64,000 bases of DNA. Source: Sminthopsis crassicaudata (Eukaryota). Both the position numbers and the translations under genes were made by a program. The stretch covers positions 73,596,852-73,660,851 of the forward strand of contig NC_133620.1 of assembly GCF_048593235.1 (NCBI RefSeq), read 5' to 3'. The notes under the pieces are model-generated. The model did no database searches, was not told the origin of the DNA, and saw only the letters and a list, made by a program, of their open reading frames with translations. Numbering within the stretch: the first letter of the stretch is position 1; each line of letters begins with the position of its first letter. This document shows, one piece after another, positions 39,301-51,329 of the stretch.

Positions 39301-40379
39301 AGAACATGGCTTAAGTCTTGTTTGGGCTTGTTCCAAGCCATGTGACTCTAAGCAAACCTTGACTCTCTAAGGGCCAATGTTTTAATCAATAAACTAAGGA
39401 TATCACTTGTACCATGTGTCCCAAAGGACCAATTAGGAGAAGAGTGCTTTGTAAACCTTAAAGCACTATATAAATGGGAAATGCTTTTGTTATATTAATG
39501 CGATGACTGGCCTCTTTGGAACAATGATAATAATTCATTTATGAAACAGAGCAGTCGGTAAGCTGGTCAACCTTCTTCCCCTCACTCTGCCTCTTACTCC
39601 CTGATCTTGGTTTGGTCTCAAGACCTTAGATTTTTTGTTGTCAAATCAACCACTGTGCTGGGTTCTGAGAATATAAATGCAAGCAGAAAATAAGTCCCAG
39701 TCCTCAAGGAACTTACTTTTTAATGGAACAAAATAACACTTAAGAGGAAGCTGAAAGGTGGGATAGAAAAGGGAGAGTATAGAAAATGAAGGCTAGCTTT
39801 CCTTAAAAAAGAGAGGGTGTGTGAGCAGCTAGCCAATCAGAGGAAGAGGTTGCAAGGAAAGAGTATATTTCTATAGTGTGTGAGAAATCCAGGGCTGAAG
39901 TGAACATTGCTGAGCTATGGTAGAAATAATGTTATCTTACTCATGACGGCATCTTGCTACAAGGCCTTTTTTCCTTCTTTCCTGGAAAGTGTGAAAAGTA
40001 AATATATTCAGAGGTAACTCAATTTTGGTAATAAACTTTGATTTTGAGTTCTTAATTGGCATACTTAAGTAGTCGGTGCTAAAAGTTTTGCACACTATTC
40101 ACTTGCCCTTACGGTAAAACCTTACCTATCCTGTATTCTTGGATGATTGTGATGATGCTAATCCTTCAGATACTGATATTTTTATTTCAAAAAGTGAATG
40201 GAATTTAGTTTATTTTCTTAAAAATGAGACCATTGTGCATATTAATTGTTATGATGTGTTGTAGATGCAGCTTTATCTATGGGGATTCATTAGCTTATTT
40301 GTTAAAGGCTGATGATGACTTGTTTTTTTTGTTTGTTTGTTTTTGTTTGTTTTGTTTGCCTTTTTTCTCATAAAGATGA

Positions 40380-40560
40380 TGTAGTCAAAAGAGTGCTGGA
40401 TATGATGTTAAAAGACTAGCTTTGGGTCCTTCCTCAGACAAGCCACTTAATCTCTGGTACCTTGGACAAGGCATTTTAATCTCTCTGGGCCCCAATTTCC
40501 TTCTCTGTAAAATGAAGGTTGAACCAGTCTCTAACATCCATTTCCTCTAACATTCTATGA
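40380..40560 (+). mobile_element. MIR SINE directly before EVE fragment 2
   Basis: gtagtcaaaagagtgctgga...ccttggacaaggcatt...ctctctgggccccaatttccttctctgtaaaatgaagg. Confidence 0.7.
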
Positions 40561-40569
40561 GTTTATAAG

Positions 40570-41579
40570 AAATGTCCATTTCCTTGCAGTGTGACAAGGT
40601 TGTCTTTTTGCCAAATAAGTGAATCAAAGGATAAAACAAATGCAACCTTAAGTAGTTTTCTTAACATCCATAAAAATCCTCACTATCATGACTTGTGCTA
40701 CCAGTGTTCTTTGATGTGTGTCACTATTGGAAACATTAGGACAACCTTCAGGATGGCTACAAATATATTTAAGAATTGTTGGTTAGATTCTCTAGAAGCA
40801 GACATACACAGGAGATTAGCACAAACATCAAGGGTGAGGAGACTATTCATATGCAAAGAGGAATTAGGTGCAAGTGATGCTCTAAAGGAAGAATAAACCA
40901 GAGTCCAGTTGAATTAGGGACCAGAGTTTCCTGAGAACATGAAAGTCCAAGGGGATTGAGATTTAAATGTGAGCCAGAGATTATGCAGAAGTTTTGATCT
41001 AAGGAGTTGGCATAGTCCCAGAAAGCTCATATTCCAAGGGGAAGATGATGATGTCTTCTATACTCATTCTTACTGGGGTTTTGTTCCCTTATGGAATGGA
41101 TGCAGACGTTCCTAGACTTGCATTGTTATGATCAGTCATTGAATTTACTGGGTTGATGATCTTATGAGAATGGACATTATTGACCTATGACAATGGCAAA
41201 CCTTGGATGCCTTCCCCTCATACCCTATGCATGTACTAGAAATGTTATGATTTTTAAGAGTACATACCATCTTAGGGGTTTTTTATTATTGGTGGTGGTG
41301 TTCTTAATGTATGTTATTTGTTCTCTGTCCTTTCCCCACCCATATGAACTCACATACAAACTAGAAATGCCCTGAACTTTTAAAGGAAGGAAGGAAGGGA
41401 GGAGTTCCAGTCTATATAGAGTTTTAAAAGTGGAAATTTTAAAAGGAAATGATGAGAGTCTCAGGAATATGTCAGGATTGGCCACAAGGGAACAAAGTAA
41501 AAATGGCGTGATTCCTCCATATCCATTGAAACTAGTTTGGGGGAATAGCTTTTATAAGAGTGTTTACTTGTCTTCTTAA
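40570..41579 (+). other. Endogenous viral element: decayed rhabdovirus-like L polymerase, end of capping domain and connector domain
   Basis: NVHFL..LFAK (40571-40615), HYHDLCYQC (40681-40707), LGASDAL (40864-40884), RDYAEVLI*GVGI (40976-41014), PSYP (41215-41226), LTYK (41349-41360) and SSLYR (41406-41420) match recalled rhabdovirus L motifs in order. Frame +1 is stop-poor. Confidence 0.75.
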
Positions 41580-43164
41580 CACCTAAATAGCTAGACATAA
41601 ACTTTTGTATACAAAATGACAGTGGAATTAATATAGTTTCAGTATGCCAAATCTAAGCTCTTTCCTCCAAAGAAGGAGGTTGGAATTCAAGAAAAGTACC
41701 CTTTTTTTGACTAGCTATATTCAAGGAAGAAAGTACTTTTAAATGTTTTCTTTTAGAAGAAAAGAGAAAAAGGGAAGTAAATGAGGTAAAGACAATTTTA
41801 TTTACCTCCCATCATAATAAAAAAGAAATTAACCCCCTGTGGCTGAAATTGTTACGGTTTGTTGTGAAGTCTTTTTTACACAGCATAAACCTCCTTGATC
41901 TTTTATAGAATGTCTTGCAAAGATATAATCGCTTTACTGCTGAGTGAGAATTGCATGATTAAAGTGAAAGAATGCCATTTTTCTTTTAAATTAAAAACTA
42001 ATAATTAAGCACAAACTTTTGAATAAACATGCAGGTAGGTCTTCTTTAGGTAGTATTATGGTTATCATGGTTATATGAATGACTAGAAATATGTAATTTA
42101 AACAACCCTTAGTATTTATTCATTCATATTTGAATGAATAGTCACTCAGAAGTAAGGCTTTCCCTTGGAGAAAACGGAATCCAATATTCTTGCTCATCAG
42201 ACTTTATTAACATATTGTCTATTGTTCTATTATCAAATGAATGTTGTGTGAAGAATGGTTATATTCTGTAATAGACTTGTCTCTTTCAGATTACCTTCCT
42301 ACCATATGTGACATCTTCCTCCCCCTTCCACTCCTCCAACCCTCATGGCTTTTAACACTCACAATATAATGTGTAATCATGTTAACAGTAGCCCAAGGAT
42401 ACTGAAGCCTGAAGTCTGAAAAACACTTTAAGCCCCTTTTTTGGGAAGCTTTTGTGTTAACACTCATTATTGCTAAGTAGAGCAGATGGTCAAACAGACT
42501 GATTAGTTATTTATATTTTTACTTTATGGTACTTAGATGTTGGCACTTCCTTCAGTAAAGAAAGGAGCTGTTAGATGTCATCTTGTCTTGATTTTCCTTT
42601 TTAATCAGAAACAGAAAGAAGTGCTTTGCTCATAATCTATTAATAATGAGACTATACTAGATTCTTCATGGCTGCTTCCTAACTCAATTCTGTTGAGTTT
42701 GGGGGGTTTTCTTCTTCTATGTTCAGTTTCCAATCCAATATTTGTATTCTTTTTGGTTTATCATTTTTATATGCTTCATCATTGTTCATTTTTCAGAAGG
42801 TTCACTGTTGACGATCACAAGGAATCTTTAGCAATATTTTGGCATTTCTATGCAAAATAAAAAGGTCCATGACTAATTAAGGGAAAGGAGGATTGTTTAG
42901 TATGCCATATAAATAGAAATATTTCCTGTAGTCTTTTTTTTCAAAAAGGTCAAATGCCTTCCCAGTTTACTCCTTTTATATTGTTGTTTATTCTCCTTCT
43001 TTTCCCAATGTTATATAAAAATGGACCTACTGATTAAAAAAAAATCATCTGGCCCATTCCAGCTTAGAAATATTGAGACCAAAGAGGGAAACACAAGGTT
43101 TTTTTTTTTGTTAATACTAGTTATAGTAATATAAACTGTGTATAGCTATGTAATATGCATATAT

Positions 43165-43425
43165 ATGATAATAATAGCATTTATATAGCACCTACTGTGT
43201 GCCAGGCACTATTATAAATATTTTACCACTATTATTTCAGTGGCTCTTCACCACAATCCTGGGGTGGTAGATAGTATTATTGTCTCCATTTTACAGTTGA
43301 GGAAACTGAGACAAACAGACCTTGTGATTTGTCCAGGGTCACACAGCTAAAAAGTGTCTGAGTCTGGATTTGAATTCAGGTCTTCCAGATTCGAGGCCCA
43401 GCTCTCTATCTATTACATCACCTGA
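43165..43425 (-). mobile_element. MIR-like marsupial CORE-SINE
   Basis: taataatagcatttatatagcacctactgtgtgccaggcac...cattttacagttgaggaaactgagac...tttgaattcaggtcttcc. Confidence 0.85.
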
Positions 43426-45885
43426 ACTAAGTGGCCATCCCTGGGTTTTTGCAAAAAATCCTATGTAAGATCCCTAACTACTCTAAAGAGTATGGCCAAA
43501 CTATCTGCTCCAGAAAAATTAATTGGACAAAGAATAATTGGTACATAGACTGTAATCATGAAGGAAACACATATAACATTGTTAATCTTTAATAGCTTAA
43601 AACCATACTAAGATTGTGTGTATACATATGTACATGCATTTATATATGTATGTATGTATATATACATATATATACACACATACACATGCATATAAACATG
43701 CAATGTAGAAATATATGTTAGGATAGGTTAGGATACCTACTGTAAGTAGACAGTGAACTGGGTGATGAATTGAACTGAAAGAGAACAGGCTGAGTAGCCT
43801 TGAAAAACTACAGATTTTGTTTTTGTTTTTGTTTTTTTTTAGTGACCCAAAATTTGTCCCTGAAACAAAGTTTCTCTTTTTAATACCAGTGTTTTTCCAG
43901 AAAAGTTCTAGGACTACAAGCCTATGGAACTTAAGTTTCCAAGGGATTAAAGGTCAGGCTTGCTTAAATGACATTGGAATATGAGCAGGCTGTAACACCT
44001 TGCTAAAAAAAAAATAGGGGGTGAGGGGGAAATTATGCAGGAGATGTGAAATAAATATGATTAAAAATTATTTTTAAAATGAGATGATATGGGTAGGGAA
44101 TTGAACAAAAGCAAAGGATTACTGATGGGTAGCCACATACTGCTTTGGTGCTCTTGCAATGTCAAGAGAATTCAGGGAAGAGCCCCAGCATGATTAACGG
44201 CCTCCCTATGGGGAACTGATAGAAATGAGTCATTTGGCTCAGCATAGATGAGTTTCCATCTTCACTGTTGGAAGTAGGTTATTTGATGACATCACATATC
44301 CTATGGAATACTTTGAATAACAGCATTATGTGGGAGAGAAAGGTGCCCAGTTCTGGTCATTCTATAATCAGGTCCTTATCTTTTGAAAAAGCATTGGGTT
44401 TTAAGAAGGTTAATGAATAAAAGTTTTATTTGGGGGAGAGTGGGTTAGAATAGAACTGGAAAAAGAAAAACAGTGTAGACAAATACAGAGTAAGAGATGG
44501 AGACCAAAAGAAACATTTATGACCAAATATTTCCTTTGTCTATAGAAATAAAAATTTGGGTATAGTCCCCATTCATTTGAGATATACTGAAGAAATAGTA
44601 CAGTAGGAAGGAAACTTTATCATGGAAGTAGGCTGTCAATGAGGTGTTCATTGGGAATATTTTATAAGTATTCTTCTATATATGGGTGAAATACATTAGT
44701 GACTAAAATCTGAAAAGCATTGTGAAAATATTCCCCAGATATCTACAAATAGTCTGTTGGGGATGCTTCATTGCTCAGTGATTTCACCATTATTTCCTTT
44801 GATTAAAGTTTGCTAAATTGTTAGTTACTTTTCTAATTAAGGTAAAAATTTTGAGGCGCATTTAAAATAGTATATTGTTTTAAAATGTCAAGTATATATC
44901 TTCCAAAAATGAAATCTACTTCTATTTCTGAGTTAGGGAGAATATGAATTTAAAGGAGTATTGAACAATGAAGATGCTAAATTTTGTACAAAAATATAAT
45001 GAAATCAAATCCTCCTACCTACTAATTAAAATTGTGAAATAGATCAAATGGTTTTTCCTTGTTAATGTGCCTGTGATCTATCCTTATCAGCTTGAGAAAA
45101 ATATAGGCGGCCCAAGAATGAAGTTCTACTAAAAATTTTATGTAAATTCCACAAAAGTGTTTTTCAGTCATTTCCCTCAGAAATAGTATACAAATACATT
45201 ATTTCAATTAGTTCCCTTCTCAGCCCTTTTTTGTTCTATGACAGAGTTTACAATTAATCATGATTTCTCACACACTCACACATACATGCATACACACACT
45301 AATAGCCTCACAAAACACATTTTTCAGTATTTCACTTGTGGAATACTGCTCAGAGATGGGAAAAGATAATCCATTAAATTAGCTTTGAGCTTTTACTCCT
45401 TGAATGATGTTTGGTGTGTCAGTAATTTCATGTGTGTTTTTTTAACATTAGATTGGAGTAGAGGATTGCTAGTCAGAGATTTCTTTTGTTGGTTTCTAAT
45501 AAAAATTTAGTAGTTGGTAAGAATTTCCCTTTGATTTTCAAATGTCTTTATTTTGAAAAGATGGTAGAGGAAAAGAGGTCTGCCCTTATTCTCACTTGAC
45601 TCTCACATCACTAATTCTTCACTCAATGTGTGAAGTTTGCCTCCCTCAATCAGTTTCTGGTATTTGGGAAATGGGAAGGGTTTTTTTTTCAGAATGTTTC
45701 TGATTTCTGGCACATTGGCATCTTGAGGGACACTGTCAAATAAAACAGGTTTGAAATGAGTGACTGTTAGAAATGGTGGTTTTTCTGCAAGTTTAAACTA
45801 GGTGAGAAGTTGATTGGATCTAAAAGGGAATATGACTGACTCAGAATACATTAATCCCTTCTACTTCTTCCACCCCATTTTTTTT

Positions 45886-45965
45886 ATTTTGTGTTTGTGT
45901 ATATGTGTTTGTATGTGTGTATATGTCTGTGTGAGTGTGTGTGTGTGCATGTATGTGCATGTGTT
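45886..45965. repeat. Imperfect (TG)n tract
   Basis: ttgtgtttgtgtatatgtgtttgtatgtgtgt... Confidence 0.85.
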
Positions 45966-46189
45966 GGTATTTCTTCCAAAATGTAGTCAGATGCTGTGAT
46001 GAGTTGACAGCAGCCTTCCGCTCTATTAATTAAAGCATCTGAAATAGATACAAAAAGCTCCTACAATCTCATAACATTTGATCAGTTTACCCTCACTATT
46101 GGACAAATAGTTCTGACCATTACTATTTGCCTCAGAGGTTGTTGTGTTGGGATCCATGAGTCCATTGCAGTAAATGTAAAAGCAGTATT

Positions 46190-46835
46190 TCTTTTATTTC
46201 CATTTAATAGTATTTTATTTTTACCAATTACATGTAAACATAGTTTTCAACATTGAATTTTATAAGAGTTTACAAGTTTCAAGACAGCAAACAATCTGAT
46301 ATAGGTTATACATGTGCAGTCACATTAAATATATTTCCACATTAGTCATATTGTAAAAGAAGAATCAGAATAAAAGGGGAATACCACAAGAAAGAAAACA
46401 AACAAAAATGTGGAAATAGTATGCATCAAACTGCATTCAAACTTCCTAGTTCCTTTTCTGGATGTGGATAACATTTTCCATCATAAGTTTTTTACAATTA
46501 TCTTGGATCATTGTATTGCTGAGAAGAGCTGAGTCTATTATAGTTTGATATAGGTTACTGTTACCAAGTAAAATATTTTCCTGGTTCTGCTCACTCAGCA
46601 TCAGTTCTTCTAAGTCTTTACACGTTTTTCTAGCACAATAATATTCCATTGCATTTTCATACATCACAATTTTGTTCAGCCATTCCCCACTTGGGGCATC
46701 CCCTCAATTCCCTTTGCCATCACAAATAGAGCTGCTGTGAAAATATTTGCACATGTGGGTCCTTTTCCATTTTTATGATGATTTTGGAATACAGATCTAG
46801 TAGTGGTATTGCTGGATATCAAAGAGTATAGAAGT
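46190..46835 (-). mobile_element. L1 3' fragment (3' UTR and ORF2 end)
   Basis: Minus-strand ORF 46446-46667 MEYYCARK...DLEELMLSE; reverse 3' terminus ttaccaattacatgtaaac. Confidence 0.88.
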
Positions 46836-49800
46836 AGTATTTCTAATACTTTTTATGCTGCTATGAGAAACACAGAGCAATTGCCTTATTTGTAATGCTG
46901 GTGGAGATTGAGCTCTCAGCCTGGTGTGTGTATGTGATTCCTATCTTGGCTTGCTCAAGTTTATGGTGGAATCATGACATAGAATTCAGGGCTTCCTAAA
47001 TAAACTTTTTCCACTCATGATCTCTTTTTGGCTCAGAAATTTTACATGACCCCCAGGTATATATAAATATGTAAAATAGGTATACAAATAAAATATTTAT
47101 TGATAATCATAATTTTGTGACCCCCACTACTTTACAATTGAGAAATTGAGACTCAGAAACATTAGATGGTCTGTTTGAGGTATACATCCAAGAAGTAGCA
47201 GCATGCATATTTGAAACTTAGGTCTCTGATCTCAGATTCAGCACTCTTTCTAGTCCTCTCATTTCCTTTAATACCTCTTGCCTCTTAACAGCACTTTGAA
47301 AAAAAAATTTTGCATGAAAATCCTTAAGATCATTTTGCCCTGGGACAAATTCATTAAGAACATCTTTAGAGCCTTTCTTTCAGAATCACATCAGATCAGA
47401 AAGAGGCACATCTGTCACTATCATATATACCACTGATTAGGAGCCATAAATAACATTAAATTATATCACCCCCTGAATTCAAAGGTATAGAACTGCATGA
47501 ATGAGCTGTCGAATAAAAATACTGTAAAATTAAAAACCCAAATGTTAGAATATCATCAGGTAGATCAGTTATCTCTCTGCCTTTTTATTTTAAAAAGCCT
47601 TGAAAATAGGAGATGGACTGAAGTGTTCAGATGAAGTTGAGAGACAATCCAGTGTCATAGGAAAAATGTTGGACTTTCACTCAGAAGGATTGGATTGAAT
47701 CTGTGAATCCTGCATATAATTGTTATGTGTATGAAGTTTCATTCTTTGTAAAATGGGCATAATTATCTTTTTGTTAACTATATTGCAGAGTTATTTTGAG
47801 CAAAGTACTAAGTAAAGTTTTCTATCTGTAGAATAGTCCTTTTAATCTATTCTACGGTAATAGGTAGCTATAATTACCAGATAAATGTAAATTATTGTGA
47901 TTATTACTCAATCTTTAAAAAAAAAACAAATGTTTTAGGTTTGTTCTTCATTCCTAGAATACTTTCTCTCTCTATCTCCCCCTAGCCTTCCCTAGCTTCT
48001 CTTAAGTTCCAGCTAAAGTACAATCTTCCACAAGAAGTCTTTCCCAATCCTTCTTAAATCCAGTGCCCTCACACTGTTAATTATTTTCTATTTATCCTGT
48101 CTGTAATTTGTACATATTTGTTTGCTTATTGTTTCCTTTTTAGATTCTGAGCTCCTTCAGGGCACATTATTTATTAAGCACCTACTATGTGCCCCAGCAT
48201 TTAGCACATTATGTGTATGGTACATAGTAGGTGCTTAATAAGTATTGTTTAACTTCCTTTATTCAATTCAATCAAGATTTATAAGTACCTATCAAGTTAA
48301 GACACTGCAAGAGATGCTATAGTGATTTGGTAAGTATTTGTCTATTGACTGGCTTTAGAAAATTGAGGACCAGAAAAAACAAACAAAAACAAACAAAAAC
48401 AAAAACAAAAACTAGCTTGAATCTTATAAATCCAACTATTCCTGAGCAGTAGAGCTATCACTAAGGTCTTGACTGCATTGATTTTCATATTTCTTGTTCT
48501 AAGAGAAAAATAGAAGGACTGTTTTGATAGTAGAGAGGTTGGGAACCCATTACACAAAAAAATAAAAAGTAAGAATAATCACTTGTTGAAAGGGATTTTC
48601 CATAGAATTGCAGTCTAGTTAGGAACTATGCCAATATATATTTATAATAGTTTTTTAATAAAAATGGAAAGGAGAATTCTAGGCCCTAGAATATATCCTC
48701 TGTTTCTCCCTTTGGTACCAAAGTTCCTGATTACTCAATTTAATTTTAAAAACCTTTATTAAGCATCTACTAAATTCAAGGCATTGTGGGTTGAAAATCA
48801 CTCAATCAGGTGGAAACTTCATCTGTTTCTGTTTTTCTAAATTTTTAGCAAAATTTATCATCCTAAAATTTCATCTCAGGGGCCTTCTACAGGTTCTTAC
48901 ATTTTGAGGATATGTATAGAACTAAATGGCTATCCATTGTTTTATCTTTTGCTTTTGCCTTCTTTTGTTGGTCCTTGCTTTGATTACATCCTCTCTATTA
49001 ACAATTCTCCTTCATAGTTCCTTGTTTATAATGTTCTGTGATCTGTTACAGTCTATGCTTGTTCACCATTTACCTTTCCATTGCTTGTCAGGAGCTCTTC
49101 AACCTTAGTATTAGAATTCACTCTCTTCTTACTTAGAATTGTCTGTGACAATACAAGTGGACAATAAGATACATTCTGCAAACAGAGACAGAATTTTTCT
49201 CTGGATCTTTCAAATCTATTTCTTCTGATGCTTTTCTTGGAAATGATTGAGTGGTGTAGGTATCAGGAGAAAAAACTGTCTTATCTTCATCCTCAAGCAG
49301 CAGCATCTTTAATAAATGAACTGTCACAAAATGTTGTAACATCCATATAGCTTTAGGAAATAGGAGATTTTTACATTCAGTGTATAGTGGAGTTATCCAC
49401 TATAATTTTAGGTGCTGCAGTGGATGCAGAAGATTACAACAGCATCTCTGCCCTCAAAGTTTCCACTTTAGCTTTGTGAGATAGTACTTAATCAAGCATT
49501 TGTGAGGGAAATCATATGTCAAAATGTCAGTGAGGAAAATCAATGAGAACTAGAGTTGTTAAGGAAGACTTCATGGAGAAAGGTGGATTTTGAAGAGGCT
49601 TTGGGAGATATTATGTAATTAAAAGAAAGAGTACTACAGGGAAATGTAGCAAGGTTATTTTAGAGAAAGGGAACAACTTGAAGAAACAGTTTGAGATAGT
49701 AATAAGTATGGTCTATTAGTGAGCTAGGCAACAGGATGGCCTTACTTATATATACTTATTTAAATATATATATGTATGTATATAAATATAAATTTATATA

Positions 49801-50626
49801 CTATATATATATATACTATAGTATATTGATGACCTCCCTTATATAAAATAAAAGACCTGTATTAAGCAGTAGTAGAAAATCAGTTTGTAGAGAAGAAATA
49901 TGGCCTCTCTTTGGAGGACTTTGAAAACCAGACACAAAAGAACAGAGAAATGACATGATAAAAATGTATTTGAAAACTAATCTTCTCTGCATTGAACAAA
50001 ATATATTGGGGAAAATGGATAGTCAAGAAATAAGAGGAAACATATCAATCAAACTAGCTTCAAACCCCTAGGTCTGCTTCTAACTGTGATCATGTAGTTG
50101 ACTAAAGTCACTTAACTTTTCTAGACCTCAGATTTCTCATCTGTAAAATGATTTTTTTCAGCCACAGAAACTCATAAAAGCCACTTATTCTTCTACCATA
50201 TATGATTTGCTTCAATGGAGATCTCAACGCTGATAAGAGTCGTTAAGAAAGTTAAGGAATTCAGGATTAATAACATTAAGTTGAGGAATTTAGAATTAAT
50301 AACACACAAATTTACTTGTGTAGTTCTTTTCCTGAGTTTACAAAATATCTTCATATATATTATCTCATTAAAGTCTTACTGGAGCCCTAACATAGATAAT
50401 GCAAATAACCCTATTTGCATTAAATTAAGACCTTCTTAAGCCTAGGCCAATATCCTTTCCCTTTAATAATGGGGGTTCCCCCCCATGCTGCTAGTGTCAT
50501 ACAAAACTGTTATTTTTACTCAGCTGCCACATTCTGTTATTGTACATGGGTTTAAGTCATTGTACAGATATTGAACTATTGTTTTAGTAACTGCACATAC
50601 TCAAATTTACCTTTCTCTTTTTGCAG

Positions 50627-50767
50627 GTAAAAGCCTCTTGGTCAACTGAGCTGGAAGGTAGATTTTTTTTTCCTTTTTTTTTTTTTTTTTCAAAAAACGA
50701 AAGTATGTGCCTGTGTCTGTAGAGATGATTTGTAGTTCAGCGAGGCTGGAGCTGACCGAATGAGACT
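50627..50767 (+). other. C1orf21: 5' UTR portion of the C1orf21 ATG-containing exon
   Basis: Polypyrimidine tract and acceptor ctttctctttttgcAG| end at 50626. The region is continuous with the ATG at 50768 and holds a U-tract and three upstream AUGs. Confidence 0.75.
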
Positions 50768-50861
50768 ATGGGCTGTGCCTCCGCCAAGCATGTTGCCACT
50801 GTTCAGAATGAAGAGGAAGCCCAGAAGGGGAAAAACTACCAGAATGGAGATGTGTTTGCTG
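50768..50861 (+). CDS. C1orf21: First coding exon (CDS part, 94 nt, phase-1 donor) of C1orf21 ortholog
   Basis: Translates to MGCASAKHVATVQNEEEAQKGKNYQNGDVFA, which I recognise as the C1orf21 N-terminus (human ...GDVFGDEY). It is followed by the donor G|GTGAGT at 50861/50862. The MGC start is a likely myristoylation/palmitoylation signal. No downstream exons recognised in the window. Confidence 0.95.
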
Positions 50862-51329
50862 GTGAGTCTTTAGAATCTTGCTTTTAAATCTCTTGGAGAA
50901 AAGACAGAAATTCTAATGTTTAATTTTCTTCATAGTAGTCCTAGAGGTAATAAGATGACAAATCTGGTAATTAATAACATTATCAAATATGTAGTATGTC
51001 TTTGGGAGAAGCTTTCAGTAAGGAAGGGTGTAGTATCAGTGGAACTGTCTGTAGCAGGGGAATATTTGCATTAGTGAGCCTGGGTGTATTCCTCAATTAA
51101 TGTATAAAAAACTTTTTTCCAAGTGTGGTTGTGTACTGAGATATACTAGTGATATAAAAATTTTACAGATAACAGTTATCTATTCTCTGGATCAGTGGAT
51201 AAGAGTAGACAAGAATGATGTTTATGGTTTACAAAGCATACCTTTATATAGAGAGTCTTCTCATTAATTTCATGCCATAGTCCTGTGAGCAATGAGGATT
51301 GGAAATGTTCCATTTGGCCCCATAGGGTA

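Noticed and set aside
40255-40300. CRCSFIYG.FIS as a remnant of HRFS...GGFAS
   Set aside because: It needs several substitutions and indels, which is too weak without a profile search.
40804-40821. IHRRLA resembling VSV L IHRRSLA or the capping HR motif
   Set aside because: It lies about 80 residues out of register relative to the other anchors and is probably chance, so it was not used as evidence.
40640-41090. Bornavirus M-like TLSSFLNIHKNP and G-like DLNVSQRLC/SYWGF similarities
   Set aside because: The spacing does not fit the bornavirus M/G overlap. The rhabdovirus L reading explains more motifs with correct spacing.
1-50626. C1orf21 promoter or exon 1
   Set aside because: No CpG island or GC-rich segment occurs in the window, so the TSS is probably further upstream.
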